Of a stretch of DNA of 64,000 nucleotides, positions 1 to 10,815 are shown one piece after another. Source of the stretch: Trueperaceae bacterium. Lineage in GTDB: Bacteria > Deinococcota > Deinococci > Deinococcales > Trueperaceae. Made by a program: the position numbers and the translations under genes. How positions within the stretch are numbered: position 1 is the first letter of the stretch; each line of letters starts with the position of its first letter. Location of the stretch: contig CBDCDZ010000004.1 in NCBI GenBank assembly GCA_965215565.1, positions 288,001 through 352,000 of the forward strand, written 5' to 3'. The notes beneath the pieces were generated by a model, which was not told the DNA's origin, did no database searches, and saw only the letters and a program-made list of their open reading frames with translations.

Positions 1-427
1 GAAAGTCGATGGCTTTGTTCGTCAGCTCGAACTTGACCTGACCGGGGTCGCGGTCGGGTCCTTGTCCGCCCTGACCACCGGGCTGGTTGGGGTCGCCGGG
101 CTCCTGCCCCTCTTGCGGCTTGAGGTAGCCCTCGCGCTCTAAGCGCTGCGCCAACTCCTTGACGACTTCGCCAAGCTGCGAGTCCATCCAGTCCTCGTTT
201 TCCATCGCTTGCTCGATCATCTCGTCCGAGACGAGTTCGTTGTTGATTAAAGCCTCGGCGATGGCGTCGTAGAGGTCTTGCATGGTCTGCTGATAGTTCG
301 GATCGGGGTCCCAGGGGTTGCGCTGAAAGCCCGACTCTAGAAGGCGGTCCTGAATCATCTTCATCAGGTCAGCCATATCCAAATCGTCTAAGGTGGCTTC
401 ATATTTGGAGTAACGAGTCGCGGACAT
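1..427 (-). CDS. VWA-domain-associated protein, N-terminal part (runs off window); likely partner of the upstream AAA+ ATPase
   Basis: Hand translation from ATG at 427 (AGGAG upstream): MSATRYSKYEATLDDLDMADLMKMIQDRLLESGF...; open to the window edge; usual neighbour of Mg-chelatase-like ATPases. Confidence 0.6.
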   Translation of the reverse strand, partial: MSATRYSKYEATLDDLDMADLMKMIQDRLLESGFQRNPWDPDPNYQQTMQDLYDAIAEALINNELVSDEMIEQAMENEDWMDSQLGEVVKELAQRLEREGYLKPQEGQEPGDPNQPGGQGGQGPDRDPGQVKFELTNKAIDF

Positions 428-450
428 TTGGTTCTCCTAACGGAGAGCGT

Positions 451-566
451 CTCAGCATCTCAGCTAGTCAGCTTGTTTCGTTCCACCTGCGCGGAAACTG
501 CGTAATCCGAAAACTTCGTAACAGGAAAAACCTGAAATGCCGACTAGCTGACTAGCTGATTAGCTC
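451..566. repeat. Inverted array of heptamer repeats (TCAGCTA / TAGCTGA) with a central insert
   Basis: ctcagcatctcagctagtcagc ... gccgactagctgactagctgattagc. Confidence 0.75.
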
Positions 567-569
567 TTT

Positions 570-2015
570 CTAATTCCAACGCCTACGCGCCGCTTGCCCC
601 ATATCGGGCTCCGCCGCGCTGTAGCCGCGCTCTTCGCTTCTGGCGACTTGCTTGCGGGCATAAAGACCTTCTAGAACGAATTCGGCGGCGGCAGCTAAGT
701 CGTCGCTCTCCTTGCCTTCAGCGAGTTCGCCCGCTGCGCCCATAAGTCCGGGGACGCTGCCCAAGACTTCTGGAAGCTGTTCGGTGCGGAGCGTATCGGG
801 AACCTTGAGGGTGTTATCGGTATCAAAGAACTCAGTGATGGTGCTGGTTTCTAAATTGACACCTCGGCGGCTAAAGACCTGCCCGATGGCGCGGCGCACG
901 ATGTCTTTGGCGACGACTTCGCCCCCTTTGAGTTCGCCTTCATATTCAAGCTCCAACTTCCCTGTCACCGCTGAAAGCCCTGCGTAGAGGTCGATGACGC
1001 GGGCAATCGGCGTGCTCTCGCCTAACATGTAGGCGCGGCGCTCCGCGTTACTCGCGACGTTCTCTAAAAGGCTGATGGGCAGACGCTGCGAGACGCCCGA
1101 GTGCTTGTCCACGCGGGAATCGTCGCGCGCTTGAAACGCCACCTCTTCGATGATCTCCGCGACGTACGAGGGGATTTTGACCTTGTTGCCCTCACCCGCG
1201 CTCCGCCCGAGCCACGCTTCTTGCGAAGTAATGGCCATGCTCTCCTCGACGGTGGCGGGATAGTGCGTGCGAATCTCCGAGCCGATGCGGTCTTTTAAGG
1301 GCGTGACGATCTTACCTCGCGCCGTGTAATCCTCGGGGTTGGCGCTAAAGACCATCATCACATCTAAGGGCAGGCGAATCGGGTAGCCCTTAATCTGCAC
1401 GTCGCCCTCTTGCATGATGTTGAACAGAGCGACTTGCACTTTACCGGAGAGGTCCGGGAGTTCGTTCATGGCGAAGACGCCGCGGTTGGCCCTTGGAAGA
1501 AGCCCGTAGTGGACACTTCTCTCGTCACCCATCTTCGTGCCGAGCCTGGCGGCTTTGATGGGGTCGATGTCGCCGATGATGTCGGCCACAGTGGCGTCCG
1601 GCGTAGCGAGCTTCTCGACGTAGCGGGCGTCTTTGGGGAGCCAGGTAATCGGTGTGGCGTCGCCCTCTTCCGCGACAATTTGCTTGCCGACAGCGCTGAC
1701 CGGGTTGAAGGGATCGTCGTTGAGTTCGCTCTCCGCAACCACCGGAATCTCGTCGTCTAAAAGCTCCACGAGTTGACGCAAAATGCGCGTCTTCGCCTGA
1801 CCGCGCAGTCCCAATAAGATAAAGTTGTGGCGGCTCAACAGAGCGTTGACGATTTGCGGCGTGACCGAGTTCTCGTAGCCAACGATGCCGGGGAAAATAG
1901 CTTTGTTTTCTTTCAAAAGGCAGATCAGGTTGTCGCGCAGTTCTTGCTTGACGCTGCGCCCGGACTTCGTGCTCCAGGGCGTGGCGCGGAGGTCTCCGAG
2001 TGTTGTAGCTTTCAT
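570..2015 (-). CDS. Magnesium chelatase-like AAA+ ATPase
   Basis: Walker A GLRGQAKT, LLPRANRGVFAMNELPDL, SANPEDYTARG. Confidence 0.85.
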   Translation of the reverse strand: MKATTLGDLRATPWSTKSGRSVKQELRDNLICLLKENKAIFPGIVGYENSVTPQIVNALLSRHNFILLGLRGQAKTRILRQLVELLDDEIPVVAESELNDDPFNPVSAVGKQIVAEEGDATPITWLPKDARYVEKLATPDATVADIIGDIDPIKAARLGTKMGDERSVHYGLLPRANRGVFAMNELPDLSGKVQVALFNIMQEGDVQIKGYPIRLPLDVMMVFSANPEDYTARGKIVTPLKDRIGSEIRTHYPATVEESMAITSQEAWLGRSAGEGNKVKIPSYVAEIIEEVAFQARDDSRVDKHSGVSQRLPISLLENVASNAERRAYMLGESTPIARVIDLYAGLSAVTGKLELEYEGELKGGEVVAKDIVRRAIGQVFSRRGVNLETSTITEFFDTDNTLKVPDTLRTEQLPEVLGSVPGLMGAAGELAEGKESDDLAAAAEFVLEGLYARKQVARSEERGYSAAEPDMGQAARRRWN

Positions 2016-2168
2016 GCTTTACTCCCCATATCTCCGATGGCGTGTGCTTTTTTATACATGACCATGTTCTATGTTAGCACCCCCAAAGCTGTGAGCTATG
2101 TGTAGGAGAGCGATATTGACCTTCATCGTTTGCGCTGGCGACAGGGTTGCAAAGAGCCGAGAATGAAA

Positions 2169-2624
2169 CTATTCACCGAGGTATACACGCAACTTGGTGT
2201 TGAAGAATGAAATACGCTGTAAATTTGATGATACGCAAAAAATTTGCCCTGCACAGGGGAGGCGCAGGGCACTTAGAGAGGAGATGGCGGAGGCACGGCT
2301 CAACGTCCTAGCCTCCTCGCTTAGCACTCGGCTAAACTGAGGGTAGTTTACGGGAAAGACTCTTACAAAGTTCTTACAACTGCACATCGCGAAAGTTGGG
2401 TGGAGGATTTGCAAAGAGGTTTTCACGGTAGCGATAGCGTCATCTTCGAAACCGTCTTCTACGTCGAGCCAGAAGTCGATGTCGGAGCAAGCGTCCACGC
2501 GGTTTAGGGCACCGGCACCCTCGAGCCACGCTGCGTGGATGCTCGGATGATGCGAACAGGTCTCGCGGAGCGTCTGAACGATGGCGTTTCTAGCAGAGAT
2601 GTGAATGGCGTCAGACTCGAGCAT
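2169..2624 (-). pseudogene. Truncated nucleotidyltransferase-domain protein
   Basis: N-terminal WLEGAGALNRVDACSDIDF resembles the GS...DxD NTase motif; sequence becomes non-protein-like after about aa 75. Confidence 0.55.
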
Positions 2625-2701
2625 CCGTACAAGCCTAACCTTTCGCAGTCATCGCCTGTTCAGCTTCTTTTCGCTCACACGATTCGCGTTATGCTCCCTC
2701 C

Positions 2702-3952
2702 ATGATTAGACGAGCGGAATTTTTGAGCGTCGGTACGGAACTCCTACTCGGCGAGATTGTGGATACGAACAGCGCGTGGCTCGCTCAGGATGTAGCGCGG
2801 CGCGGCGTGGACGTACTCTGGTCGCAGCGTGTTGGGGATAACTTAGGGCGCATCGTGGAAGGTCTGAATCAAGCCTTATCGCGCAGCGACTTAGTGGTGA
2901 TGTGTGGCGGCTTGGGTCCAACGGATGATGACATGAGCCGCGAAGCGATCTCGGAGGCGGTAGGGGAGACGCCCGAAGTCGATGAGGCTTTAGAGCGCAC
3001 CTTGCGCGAGTGGTTCCAGACGTTCAGCCGCACGATGCCCGAGCGCAACCTCAAACAAGCGTGGCTCATTCCCTCGGCGGAGGCGCTGCCCAACCCGTTA
3101 GGAACTGCGCCGGGGTGGTTTGTGCGCACAGGTGACGGAGCGGCTGAGAAGGTGATCGTGGCGTTGCCGGGTCCACCCAGGGAACTGCAAAGGATGTGGC
3201 TTAAAGAGGTGGTGGGGCGGCTCGAGCTGCCCCAGTCCGCCCTCTACAGCAAAACCTTCAAAACACAAGGGCTGGGCGAGTCGGCGGCGGCGGAGAAGTT
3301 GGGTGAATTGACCCTCCGAGCCAACCCGAGCGTCGCCACCTACGCCAAACGTGACGGCGTCCACGTGCGCGTGGCGGCAAAAGCGGAGACCGACGAGGAA
3401 GCCGAGCAACTTGCTGCGCCCGTCGCCAGTCAGGTGCGGGGCGCGCTGGGCTCGCGCATTTGGGGCGAGGACGACGACGAACTCGCCGCGCTCATCGTTC
3501 AGAAACTAAAAGAGAACGGCAAAACGCTCGCGCTCCTAGAAGGCGTCACGAGCGGGCTCCTTAGCGACCTCATCACCTCGGTTGCGGGCGCGCCCTCGGT
3601 TTACCCCGGCGGCGTGGTAGCCTGCGGTGCGCAGACGAAGGCAGCGTTTGGCGTGCCCGAAGAGGTTTTGGATGCGCATGGGGACGTTTCAGAGGAGACC
3701 GCTAAAGCGATGGCGAAGGCTGCTGCAGAGCGCTTTTCGTCGGACTACGGGCTCGCCACAGTAGGCGTTCCTGGTCCCTCCGAAGAGGACGGCAAACCCG
3801 TCGGCGAGATGCACCTAGCGCTCTACGACGCGGCGCAGCGTACGGGCGAGGCGCGCAGCTTCAAGCTCCCCGAGTTGGAGCGCAACTGGCTCCGCGAACG
3901 CACCGCTTACGCCGCACTCGCCTTTTTGTGGGTACATCTGCGAGATGAATAG
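2702..3952 (+). CDS. cinA: CinA family protein (MocF-like domain + PncC-like domain)
   Basis: [32 protein letters not shown]; directly upstream of recA. Confidence 0.93.
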   Translation: MIRRAEFLSVGTELLLGEIVDTNSAWLAQDVARRGVDVLWSQRVGDNLGRIVEGLNQALSRSDLVVMCGGLGPTDDDMSREAISEAVGETPEVDEALERTLREWFQTFSRTMPERNLKQAWLIPSAEALPNPLGTAPGWFVRTGDGAAEKVIVALPGPPRELQRMWLKEVVGRLELPQSALYSKTFKTQGLGESAAAEKLGELTLRANPSVATYAKRDGVHVRVAAKAETDEEAEQLAAPVASQVRGALGSRIWGEDDDELAALIVQKLKENGKTLALLEGVTSGLLSDLITSVAGAPSVYPGGVVACGAQTKAAFGVPEEVLDAHGDVSEETAKAMAKAAAERFSSDYGLATVGVPGPSEEDGKPVGEMHLALYDAAQRTGEARSFKLPELERNWLRERTAYAALAFLWVHLRDE

Positions 3953-4008
3953 TTGATTTTAGCTCAGCAGCTTCGCGCTGCTTAACCACCTATCACTTGG
4001 AGGCACTT

Positions 4009-5055
4009 ATGGACGAACAACGAAAACGCAGTTTGGACACCACCCTCTCGCAGATCGAGAAACAGTTTGGCAAAGGGGCTGTCATGCGCCTGGGCGACGA
4101 AGGGAGCCTGACCCCCCAAGGCGTCATCTCAACGGGCTCGATGTCAGTGGACTTGGCATTAGGGGTAGGCGGGGTACCGAGAGGACGGATCATCGAGGTG
4201 TACGGACCCGAGTCCGGGGGTAAAACCACGCTCTCACTTCATATCGTGGCGGAAGCGCAAAAACAAGGCGGCGTGGCTGCGTTCGTAGACGCCGAACACG
4301 CCCTGGACCCCTCCTACGCGAAAGCACTCGGCGTGGATACCGAAAACCTGCTGGTCTCGCAACCCGATACGGGCGAACAAGCCTTGGAGATCACCGAACT
4401 CCTGGTTCGTAGCGGCGCAGTGGACGTGATCGTGGTGGACTCGGTGGCTGCTCTCGTGCCCAGGGCTGAAATCGAAGGGGAGATGGGCGACTCTCACGTC
4501 GGCTTACAAGCCCGCTTGATGAGCCAAGCCTTGCGCAAGCTAACAGGTGTTTTATCCAAAAGCCACACCACGGCGATTTTTATCAACCAGATCAGAGAGA
4601 AGATCGGCGTGTTGTACGGCAACCCGGAGACGACGCCTGGGGGACGCGCCCTGAAGTTCTACTCCTCAGTCAGGATGGAAGTGAGACGTAAAGGGGACGT
4701 GAAGTCGGGCGCAGATAAGGTAGGGAACCGCACCCGGGTCAAGGTCACGAAGAACAAAGTTGCGCCGCCCTTTAAGGAAGCGGAAGTGGAGATCATGTTC
4801 GGACGGGGGATTGACAAACTCGGGGACCTGATCAACATCGCTAGTGACTTAGACATCGTGCAGAAGTCGGGCTCGTTCTATAAGTACGAGGGCAGTACGA
4901 TTGGGCAGGGCAAGGAGAAAGCGAGTACCTACCTAGAGGAGCACCCACAGCTCATCGAGGAGGTCAAGCAGAAGGTCATGGCTGCGATTCAAGGTGTGCC
5001 CTATGAGCCTAAAGTGGGTGGGGATGATGGGGACGGGGAGGCTGATGAGGAATGA
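4009..5055 (+). CDS. recA: Recombinase RecA
   Basis: [40 protein letters not shown] before ATG 4009. Confidence 0.99.
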   Translation: MDEQRKRSLDTTLSQIEKQFGKGAVMRLGDEGSLTPQGVISTGSMSVDLALGVGGVPRGRIIEVYGPESGGKTTLSLHIVAEAQKQGGVAAFVDAEHALDPSYAKALGVDTENLLVSQPDTGEQALEITELLVRSGAVDVIVVDSVAALVPRAEIEGEMGDSHVGLQARLMSQALRKLTGVLSKSHTTAIFINQIREKIGVLYGNPETTPGGRALKFYSSVRMEVRRKGDVKSGADKVGNRTRVKVTKNKVAPPFKEAEVEIMFGRGIDKLGDLINIASDLDIVQKSGSFYKYEGSTIGQGKEKASTYLEEHPQLIEEVKQKVMAAIQGVPYEPKVGGDDGDGEADEE

Positions 5056-6722
5056 ACGCCCTCCTATTCATCGTCGCGCTGCTCTTGGGCGGCGCGGTAG
5101 GGGGGGTGATCGGCTTTTTAGTGCGCCAGCGCCGCGACGAAGAGGTCACCGCGCGGGCGCAGGAGGAGGCGGCTGAGCTTAGACGCAGCGCTCAAGAGGA
5201 GGCGGAGCGCGTTGTCTCGGGGGCGCAAGCCGAACGGCGCGACCTCATCGCAGCGGAGCGCGAAAGGTTGGAGGCGGAAGCGCTTAGAGCAAGAAATATC
5301 TTAGAAGCCGATCTAGAGCGCCTTCGTCAGGTTGCCCAGGAGGACCTCTCGAGAGGTCGCACTGCCCTGGAAGAGGAACGCGCCAGCGTGCGCGAACTGC
5401 GCGACGAGGTCAAGCGCGACCGTGAGCGCGTGGACGCCTCCGAAGAGCGCCTCAACAGGCGAGGGGAGCAGCAAGACGCTCGCGCCCTGCGCCTGGACGA
5501 TCAAGAGGAACGCTTAGACGCGCGCGAAGCGGAGTTGAGGGTCAAGGCCGACGATCTCGACAAGGAGCGTGCCGAAGTCGAGCGCCAGCTCTACGAGACC
5601 GCGCAACTGACCCGCGAGGGAGCCTCCGAGATTATCCTCACCCGTCTGGACGGCGAGTTGGAGCGCGAAAAAGCCACGCGCATCCGCGCCGAACTCGACA
5701 AAGCGGACGCTGAAGCCAAGCGCAAGAGCACCAACATCATCGCGCAAGCGATTCAGCGAAGCGCGTCAGAAGTTTCTGCCGCCATCAGCGTCTCCGTCGT
5801 GCCCATTCCCAGCGACAACATGAAAGGGCGTATCATCGGGCGCGAGGGGCGCAACATCCGCGCGTTTGAAGCCCTGACGGGCGTGGACCTCATCATCGAC
5901 GACACACCCGAAGCCGTGCTGCTCAGCTCGTTTAACCCTATCCGCCGCGAGGTTGCCAAGCTCGCCCTGACCGAACTCGTCGCCGACGGGCGCATCCACC
6001 CCGCCCGCATCGAGGAGATGGTGCAAAAGGCGCAGACCGAGATGCAGTCCTATATCCGTGAGCGCGGCGACGAAGCCGCCTTAGAAGCTAACATCGTCGG
6101 CATCAAACCGGGGATGCTGCAACTCTTAGGGCGGATGCACTTTCGCACCTCTTACGGGCAAAACGTCCTCATCCACTCCGTCCAGGTGGCGTACCTCACG
6201 GGCATCATCGCTGCTGAAATCGGGCTGGACGAGAACCTAGCGCGGCGTGCCGGGCTGCTGCACGACATCGGCAAGTCCATCGACCGCGAAATCGAGGGCA
6301 CCCACACCGAAATCGGCGCGAACTTAGGGCGTCGCTTCGGTGAGTCGAAAGAGGTCATCGACGCGATTGCCCACCACCACGACTTAGAACTCGCCGAAAC
6401 GCTCTATCCGGTTATCGTCTCCGCTGCCGACGCGATTAGCGCGGCGCGTCCCGGCGCACGCCGCGAGACGTTGGAGACCTACCTCAAACGCTTGGAAGGC
6501 TTAGAGAGTATCGCCACAAGCTTCCCTGGCGTCGAAAAGTCCTACGCCATCCAAGCCGGACGCGAAATCCGCATTATCGTCGAGCCGGAAAAGGTGGACG
6601 ACGCCTCGGCCGTTCTACTCGCTAGGGATGTCGCCAACCGCATCGAGCAAGACATGGAGTATCCGGGGCAGGTTCAAGTCACCGTTGTGAGGGAATCCAG
6701 AGCGGTGCAGTACGCGAGGTAG
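5052..6722 (+). CDS. rny: Ribonuclease Y
   Basis: N-terminal TM helix, coiled coil, KH ([16 protein letters not shown]), HD (LLHDIGK). Confidence 0.97.
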   Translation: MNALLFIVALLLGGAVGGVIGFLVRQRRDEEVTARAQEEAAELRRSAQEEAERVVSGAQAERRDLIAAERERLEAEALRARNILEADLERLRQVAQEDLSRGRTALEEERASVRELRDEVKRDRERVDASEERLNRRGEQQDARALRLDDQEERLDAREAELRVKADDLDKERAEVERQLYETAQLTREGASEIILTRLDGELEREKATRIRAELDKADAEAKRKSTNIIAQAIQRSASEVSAAISVSVVPIPSDNMKGRIIGREGRNIRAFEALTGVDLIIDDTPEAVLLSSFNPIRREVAKLALTELVADGRIHPARIEEMVQKAQTEMQSYIRERGDEAALEANIVGIKPGMLQLLGRMHFRTSYGQNVLIHSVQVAYLTGIIAAEIGLDENLARRAGLLHDIGKSIDREIEGTHTEIGANLGRRFGESKEVIDAIAHHHDLELAETLYPVIVSAADAISAARPGARRETLETYLKRLEGLESIATSFPGVEKSYAIQAGREIRIIVEPEKVDDASAVLLARDVANRIEQDMEYPGQVQVTVVRESRAVQYAR

Positions 6723-6796
6723 AGAGAAAGGTTAAAGAGAAAAGGACTGAGAGAAAAGTAAAATCTTTCACCTCAGTCCTTTTCTCTTTTCTCTCG
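6722..6796. repeat. Purine-rich/pyrimidine-rich inverted repeat, possibly the terminator of cinA-recA-rny
   Basis: agagaaaaggactgag...ctcagtccttttctct. Confidence 0.6.
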
Positions 6797-6864
6797 CCTT
6801 GTACAACCTCGAGCCCCACCCCCTCCACACGGTAAACTTGGGCTATCTTCTCCCTGGAGGCTCC

Positions 6865-8958
6865 GTGCTAACGCTACCTGAAAAACTTTTATTTGTCGTT
6901 TTGGCTATGGTTTCATTTTATTTTACGTATATCGGTTTCAAACGCATCGTAGACGCGGTTCGGCGTGGCGATAAGGGCTACTATCCGCGCTTCAACCATC
7001 TGAGCGAGCGCATCGGCAAGTCTTTAGCGCGAACACTTTCGCAGGAGTCGGTCTTTAAGGATAGACCCGTCGCGAGCGCGTTTCACTCATTTATCTTTTA
7101 CGGCTTCGTCTTCTATGCGCTGGTGAATGTGATGGATGGATTGGAGGGCTTCGTCCCCGCTGCCTACCATCCCGACTGGGGCTTCGTCGGCAATGTGTAC
7201 CGCTTCGGCGCGGATATCTTTAGCGTTTTAGTCATCATCGGCGTCGTTTATTTTCTGGTCAGACGCTTTATCACGGGCGATAAGCGGTTGGCGTTCAACG
7301 AGAATACACCGCTTCATGAAAAGGTCAGAGCAGGCAGCATCAAACGTGACAGCCTCATCGTCGGCGCGTTTATTATCCTGCACGTCGGCTTTCGGCTCTT
7401 CGGCGCGGGCTACCTCTTGGCGGCGGAAGGTCACTTGGACGCTTGGCAACCCTTCGCAAGTCTGATTGCCAATATTGCAGGCTTTGGCGATAACCGCATC
7501 ATCGGCTGGCACATCGGCTGGTGGGGGGCGCTGGGGCTCATTCTCGCCTTTTTGCCGTATTTTCCGCGCAGCAAACACATTCACCTCTTCGCGGCTCCGG
7601 TGGATTACGCCTTAGAGCGTCGCTATGAGGATGGACGCGAGGTCTCGACAGGAGCGCTAGAACCGATTGACTTTGAGGACGAAACCTTAGAGCAGTTCGG
7701 CGTGGCGAAACTAGAGCACCTCCGCCAAACTCAGCTCTTGGACGCCTACGCCTGCATCCAATGCAACCGCTGCACGAACGTCTGCCCCGCGCAGCAGACG
7801 GGCAAAGCGCTCTCGCCTGCTGCCCTCGAAATCAACAAACGCTACGAACTCAACCAAGTCTCACCGCTTCTCGCGGCGGGCGAAGAAACGCCGCGCCCTG
7901 TAATGGACTTCGTGCTGGACGAAGCCTCTTTATGGGCGTGCACGGCGTGCGGAGCGTGCATGGACATCTGTCCGGTGGGTTGCAACCAGATGATCGACAT
8001 CATCGACATCCGCCGCGACCAGGTGATGATGCAAGGCGAATTTCCCGCCGAACTCGCCAATGCCTTTCGCGGCATGGAGCGCACGGGCAACCCCTGGGGC
8101 ATCTCGCAGGACAAGCGTGAAGAATGGACCCAAGATTTACCGGGATTAGAGGTTCCGACTGTCGAGCAGAACCCCGACTTCGAAGTGCTTTACTGGGTGG
8201 GCTGCGCGGGCTCCTACGACCCGCAAGCGCAAAAGACAGCGCGGTCTATGGCGTCCATTTTAGACCATGCAGATATCAACTACGCTATCTTAGGACGCGG
8301 CGAGAAGTGCACAGGCGACCCGGCGCGGCGCTCCGGCAACGAATACCTCTACTATCAGTTGGCGACCGAAAACGTGATGACCTTGAACGAGGTCTTGGTT
8401 GACCAAGCACTAGACGAGTCTAAGAAAAAGCGCGTCGTCACCACCTGCCCGCACTGCTTCAATGCCCTTCTGAACGACTATCCGCAGCTCGGTGGCGACT
8501 ACGACGTGGTGCACCACACGCAGCTTATCGAAGAGCTGATGCAAGTTGGAAAGTTGCCCCCGCTCGACCTCTCGGGTAACGTCACCTATCACGATCCTTG
8601 CTATCTGGGACGGCACAACGGCGAGTACGACGCACCTAGAAATATTTTACAAACGAGCGGCTTGAGCCTCACTGAGATGCCACGCAACCGGAACAATTCG
8701 TTCTGCTGCGGCGCGGGCGGCGCGCAGTTTTGGAAAGAGGAAGAAGCGGGAACCGAGCGCGTTTCAGAAAACCGCTACCGTGAGGCGAAGGCGACGGGCG
8801 CGGAAAAGGTGGCGACGGGCTGTCCGTTTTGTAAGGTGATGCTCTCGAGCAGCGACAGCGCCGAAGCCGAAAACGCTCCTGAAGTGGTGGACGTGGCGCA
8901 AATTGTGGCAGACCGTTTAGAGCGTATTTCAGCGCGGTTGAGGAGTGCAGCAGGTTAG
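6865..8958 (+). CDS. Membrane-bound Fe-S oxidoreductase (FadF/HdrD-like, CCG domains)
   Basis: TM N-terminus; CIQCNRCTNVCP and CTACGACMDICP; YHDPCYLGR; CCGAGG; GGAGG before GTG 6865. Confidence 0.9.
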   Translation: MLTLPEKLLFVVLAMVSFYFTYIGFKRIVDAVRRGDKGYYPRFNHLSERIGKSLARTLSQESVFKDRPVASAFHSFIFYGFVFYALVNVMDGLEGFVPAAYHPDWGFVGNVYRFGADIFSVLVIIGVVYFLVRRFITGDKRLAFNENTPLHEKVRAGSIKRDSLIVGAFIILHVGFRLFGAGYLLAAEGHLDAWQPFASLIANIAGFGDNRIIGWHIGWWGALGLILAFLPYFPRSKHIHLFAAPVDYALERRYEDGREVSTGALEPIDFEDETLEQFGVAKLEHLRQTQLLDAYACIQCNRCTNVCPAQQTGKALSPAALEINKRYELNQVSPLLAAGEETPRPVMDFVLDEASLWACTACGACMDICPVGCNQMIDIIDIRRDQVMMQGEFPAELANAFRGMERTGNPWGISQDKREEWTQDLPGLEVPTVEQNPDFEVLYWVGCAGSYDPQAQKTARSMASILDHADINYAILGRGEKCTGDPARRSGNEYLYYQLATENVMTLNEVLVDQALDESKKKRVVTTCPHCFNALLNDYPQLGGDYDVVHHTQLIEELMQVGKLPPLDLSGNVTYHDPCYLGRHNGEYDAPRNILQTSGLSLTEMPRNRNNSFCCGAGGAQFWKEEEAGTERVSENRYREAKATGAEKVATGCPFCKVMLSSSDSAEAENAPEVVDVAQIVADRLERISARLRSAAG

Positions 8959-8977
8959 AGAAGAAGCGAGTCGGTAT

Positions 8978-9040
8978 TTCAGCCGGTCAGCTAGTCAGGT
9001 TTTTGCTCTTTCTGACAAGCTGAAGTGCTGACAAGCTGAC
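8978..9040. repeat. Inverted heptamer array (TCAGCTA-type)
   Basis: tcagccggtcagctagtcagg...ctgacaagctgaagtgctgacaagctgac. Confidence 0.7.
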
Positions 9041-9098
9041 GCGCCTTCAGGACATTCGCCCTACCTCCAAATCCGCCTCGAGCTTCTATACTAAAGAC

Positions 9099-9692
9099 AT
9101 GAACCGACTCTGGCTCTTAGCCTCTCTCGCCCTGCTTTCGGTGTGCTTGGCGGTGTTCAGCTTCTACCAACTGAGCCGCGCCTCGTCCGCGGAGCTTTAC
9201 GGCACCGTCGTGGATAGCAAACCTGTGGTGGGCGAAATTGAACTGACTAACGGCGAGGGCAAGCGCGTCAAGCTCTCGGATTATCAGGGCGATGTACTTT
9301 TAGTCTTCTTCGGTTTTACGAACTGCCCCGACGTGTGCCCGATGACGATGGGACGTCTCGGCAAAATGTACCGAGATATGGGCGAACCCGACGACGTACA
9401 AGTCGCCATGATCACCGTTGACCCGGCGCACGATACGCCCGAGGTTTTGGCGAACTACGTCAGCGCGTTTCACCCTGACTTTGCGGCGCTGAGCGGCTCG
9501 CAAGCGGACATCGCGAACGCGGCGAAGACGTTTTTTGTCGGGTATAGGGGTATCGAAGATAAACAGTTCGTCCACACGGATACGGTGGCGATGCTTGACC
9601 GTGAAGGGCGGATGCGCCTCGTGTATGGTCAAGATAAAGTCAAGCATATCGGGGAAGATTTAGAGACGGTGCTAGCACAACGGGACTTCTAA
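9099..9692 (+). CDS. SCO1/SenC family copper chaperone
   Basis: FFGFTNCPDVCP, TVDPAHD, conserved His (VHT); N-terminal anchor. Confidence 0.92.
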   Translation: MNRLWLLASLALLSVCLAVFSFYQLSRASSAELYGTVVDSKPVVGEIELTNGEGKRVKLSDYQGDVLLVFFGFTNCPDVCPMTMGRLGKMYRDMGEPDDVQVAMITVDPAHDTPEVLANYVSAFHPDFAALSGSQADIANAAKTFFVGYRGIEDKQFVHTDTVAMLDREGRMRLVYGQDKVKHIGEDLETVLAQRDF

Positions 9693-10489
9693 ACGCTGAG
9701 CTTCGACGAACAGGTCTGCTCGCCTGTAGAGAGGTTGTCAAGTACCTCTTCCGGCGAGATTTTTTCTTGACGCACCTTCTCTAAACCTACTGCAAAGCCT
9801 GCTCGCTCTGACAAACCTAGCACTGGATAGCCGACCGAAGTCGCCGCTTTATCCCCATACAAACAGGCAAAGACAGTAGGGGTTTCGGTTGTGCCTGCGT
9901 AAGGCGTCACAACCTCTAAACTATAGGCAATGTCGTCAGCGTCCAGCCACTGCTCGACGCCGGCGAAGGTCAGTGCTAATCCTTCTTGCCTCAGGTGCGC
10001 TGCTAATGATTTCGGCAAGCCAGTACGTTGCTGATAGAGGGCTCTATAGACTTGCGCTAAGACCTTTTCGCTTATCTTGGGTCTCGTCACCTGTTCGCTT
10101 GTCCAAAAAAGCGTCACTGTCCAGCCTCGTGAAGCCTCCGCGCGGGTGTTGAAGCGGTGCGTCCAATCGGTGAGGTAACGGTCTGTCCAACCTCCTTGGG
10201 CGTCGTCAGCCACGACGAGACCATGTCGAAGTTCGGGGACGTGCGCCAAGCGTTCCACTGCCTCTTCTACTGCCTCCGCCGCAACTCCTTCAGCGTTCAA
10301 CTCGAGCACCCTATTCAGCGTTTCGGCTACATGCACTTTGCCCATCGGATTCAACACGCTAAGTGGCAAGACCATCTCTTGTCCACCCCCTGTCATCAGC
10401 TCGAGGTAGCATTCAAAACGTGCCCAGCCACGCGGCAGGTCATAGAGGTCGCGCTGTTGTTGTAAAAGTGGAATATGAGCGAGAGACAT
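9689..10489 (-). CDS. Conserved hypothetical protein
   Basis: Protein-like ORF; ATG 10489 chosen because the longer start lies inside MITE copy A. Confidence 0.7.
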   Translation of the reverse strand: MSLAHIPLLQQQRDLYDLPRGWARFECYLELMTGGGQEMVLPLSVLNPMGKVHVAETLNRVLELNAEGVAAEAVEEAVERLAHVPELRHGLVVADDAQGGWTDRYLTDWTHRFNTRAEASRGWTVTLFWTSEQVTRPKISEKVLAQVYRALYQQRTGLPKSLAAHLRQEGLALTFAGVEQWLDADDIAYSLEVVTPYAGTTETPTVFACLYGDKAATSVGYPVLGLSERAGFAVGLEKVRQEKISPEEVLDNLSTGEQTCSSKLSV

Positions 10490-10495
10490 AATATA

Positions 10496-10606
10496 AAGCA
10501 GTTCACAGAAGTACTGAATTGGAAGAGCGCAAGCATCATTTAAGAATATGCGTGTTCGCCCAAGTTCTCTAACGTGAGACTGGCTCAAACCAAATGATAC
10601 TTGCTA
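10496..10606 (+). mobile_element. MITE-like element, copy A (111 bp core, no insert)
   Basis: AAGCAGTTC...GATACTTGCTA flanked by TA; nearly identical to 63605-63805 apart from that copy's insert. Confidence 0.85.
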
Positions 10607-10649
10607 TAGATGTCTAGTTTGGACGCTCGGCGGGTGTTTGTCAAGGTGC

Positions 10650-10681
10650 AAAAAGCCTACAACCTTCCGGGCTGTAGGCTT
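10650..10681 (-). terminator. Intrinsic terminator of the Crp/Fnr gene
   Basis: Minus strand AAGCCTACAGCC-CGGAA-GGTTGTAGGCTT followed by TTT. Confidence 0.7.
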
Positions 10682-10686
10682 GATTA

Positions 10687-10797
10687 TAGCGGTTATCAGA
10701 AGTACTGAGCTTGAATCACGCAGATATCATCCCTTAAAGTGCGTGCTGTACGATATTTTATCTCGTGAGATTGGCTCAAACCAGATGATACCTGCTA
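10687..10797 (+). mobile_element. MITE-like element, copy B (111 bp core, no insert)
   Basis: TA-TAGCGGTT...CCAGATGATACCTGCTA-TA. Confidence 0.85.
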
Positions 10798-10815
10798 TAG
10801 TAGCGCTGTTTGAAC

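Noticed and set aside
570..2015. Photosynthetic magnesium chelatase (bchI/chlI)
   Set aside because: No tetrapyrrole genes nearby; fits the widespread AAA+/VWA pair
10490..10588. N-terminal extension of the 299-aa ORF
   Set aside because: It is read-through of MITE copy A
10496..10797. Two adjacent similar repeats as a CRISPR array
   Set aside because: Units are 111 bp, divergent and dispersed elsewhere; there is no repeat-spacer periodicity and no cas gene
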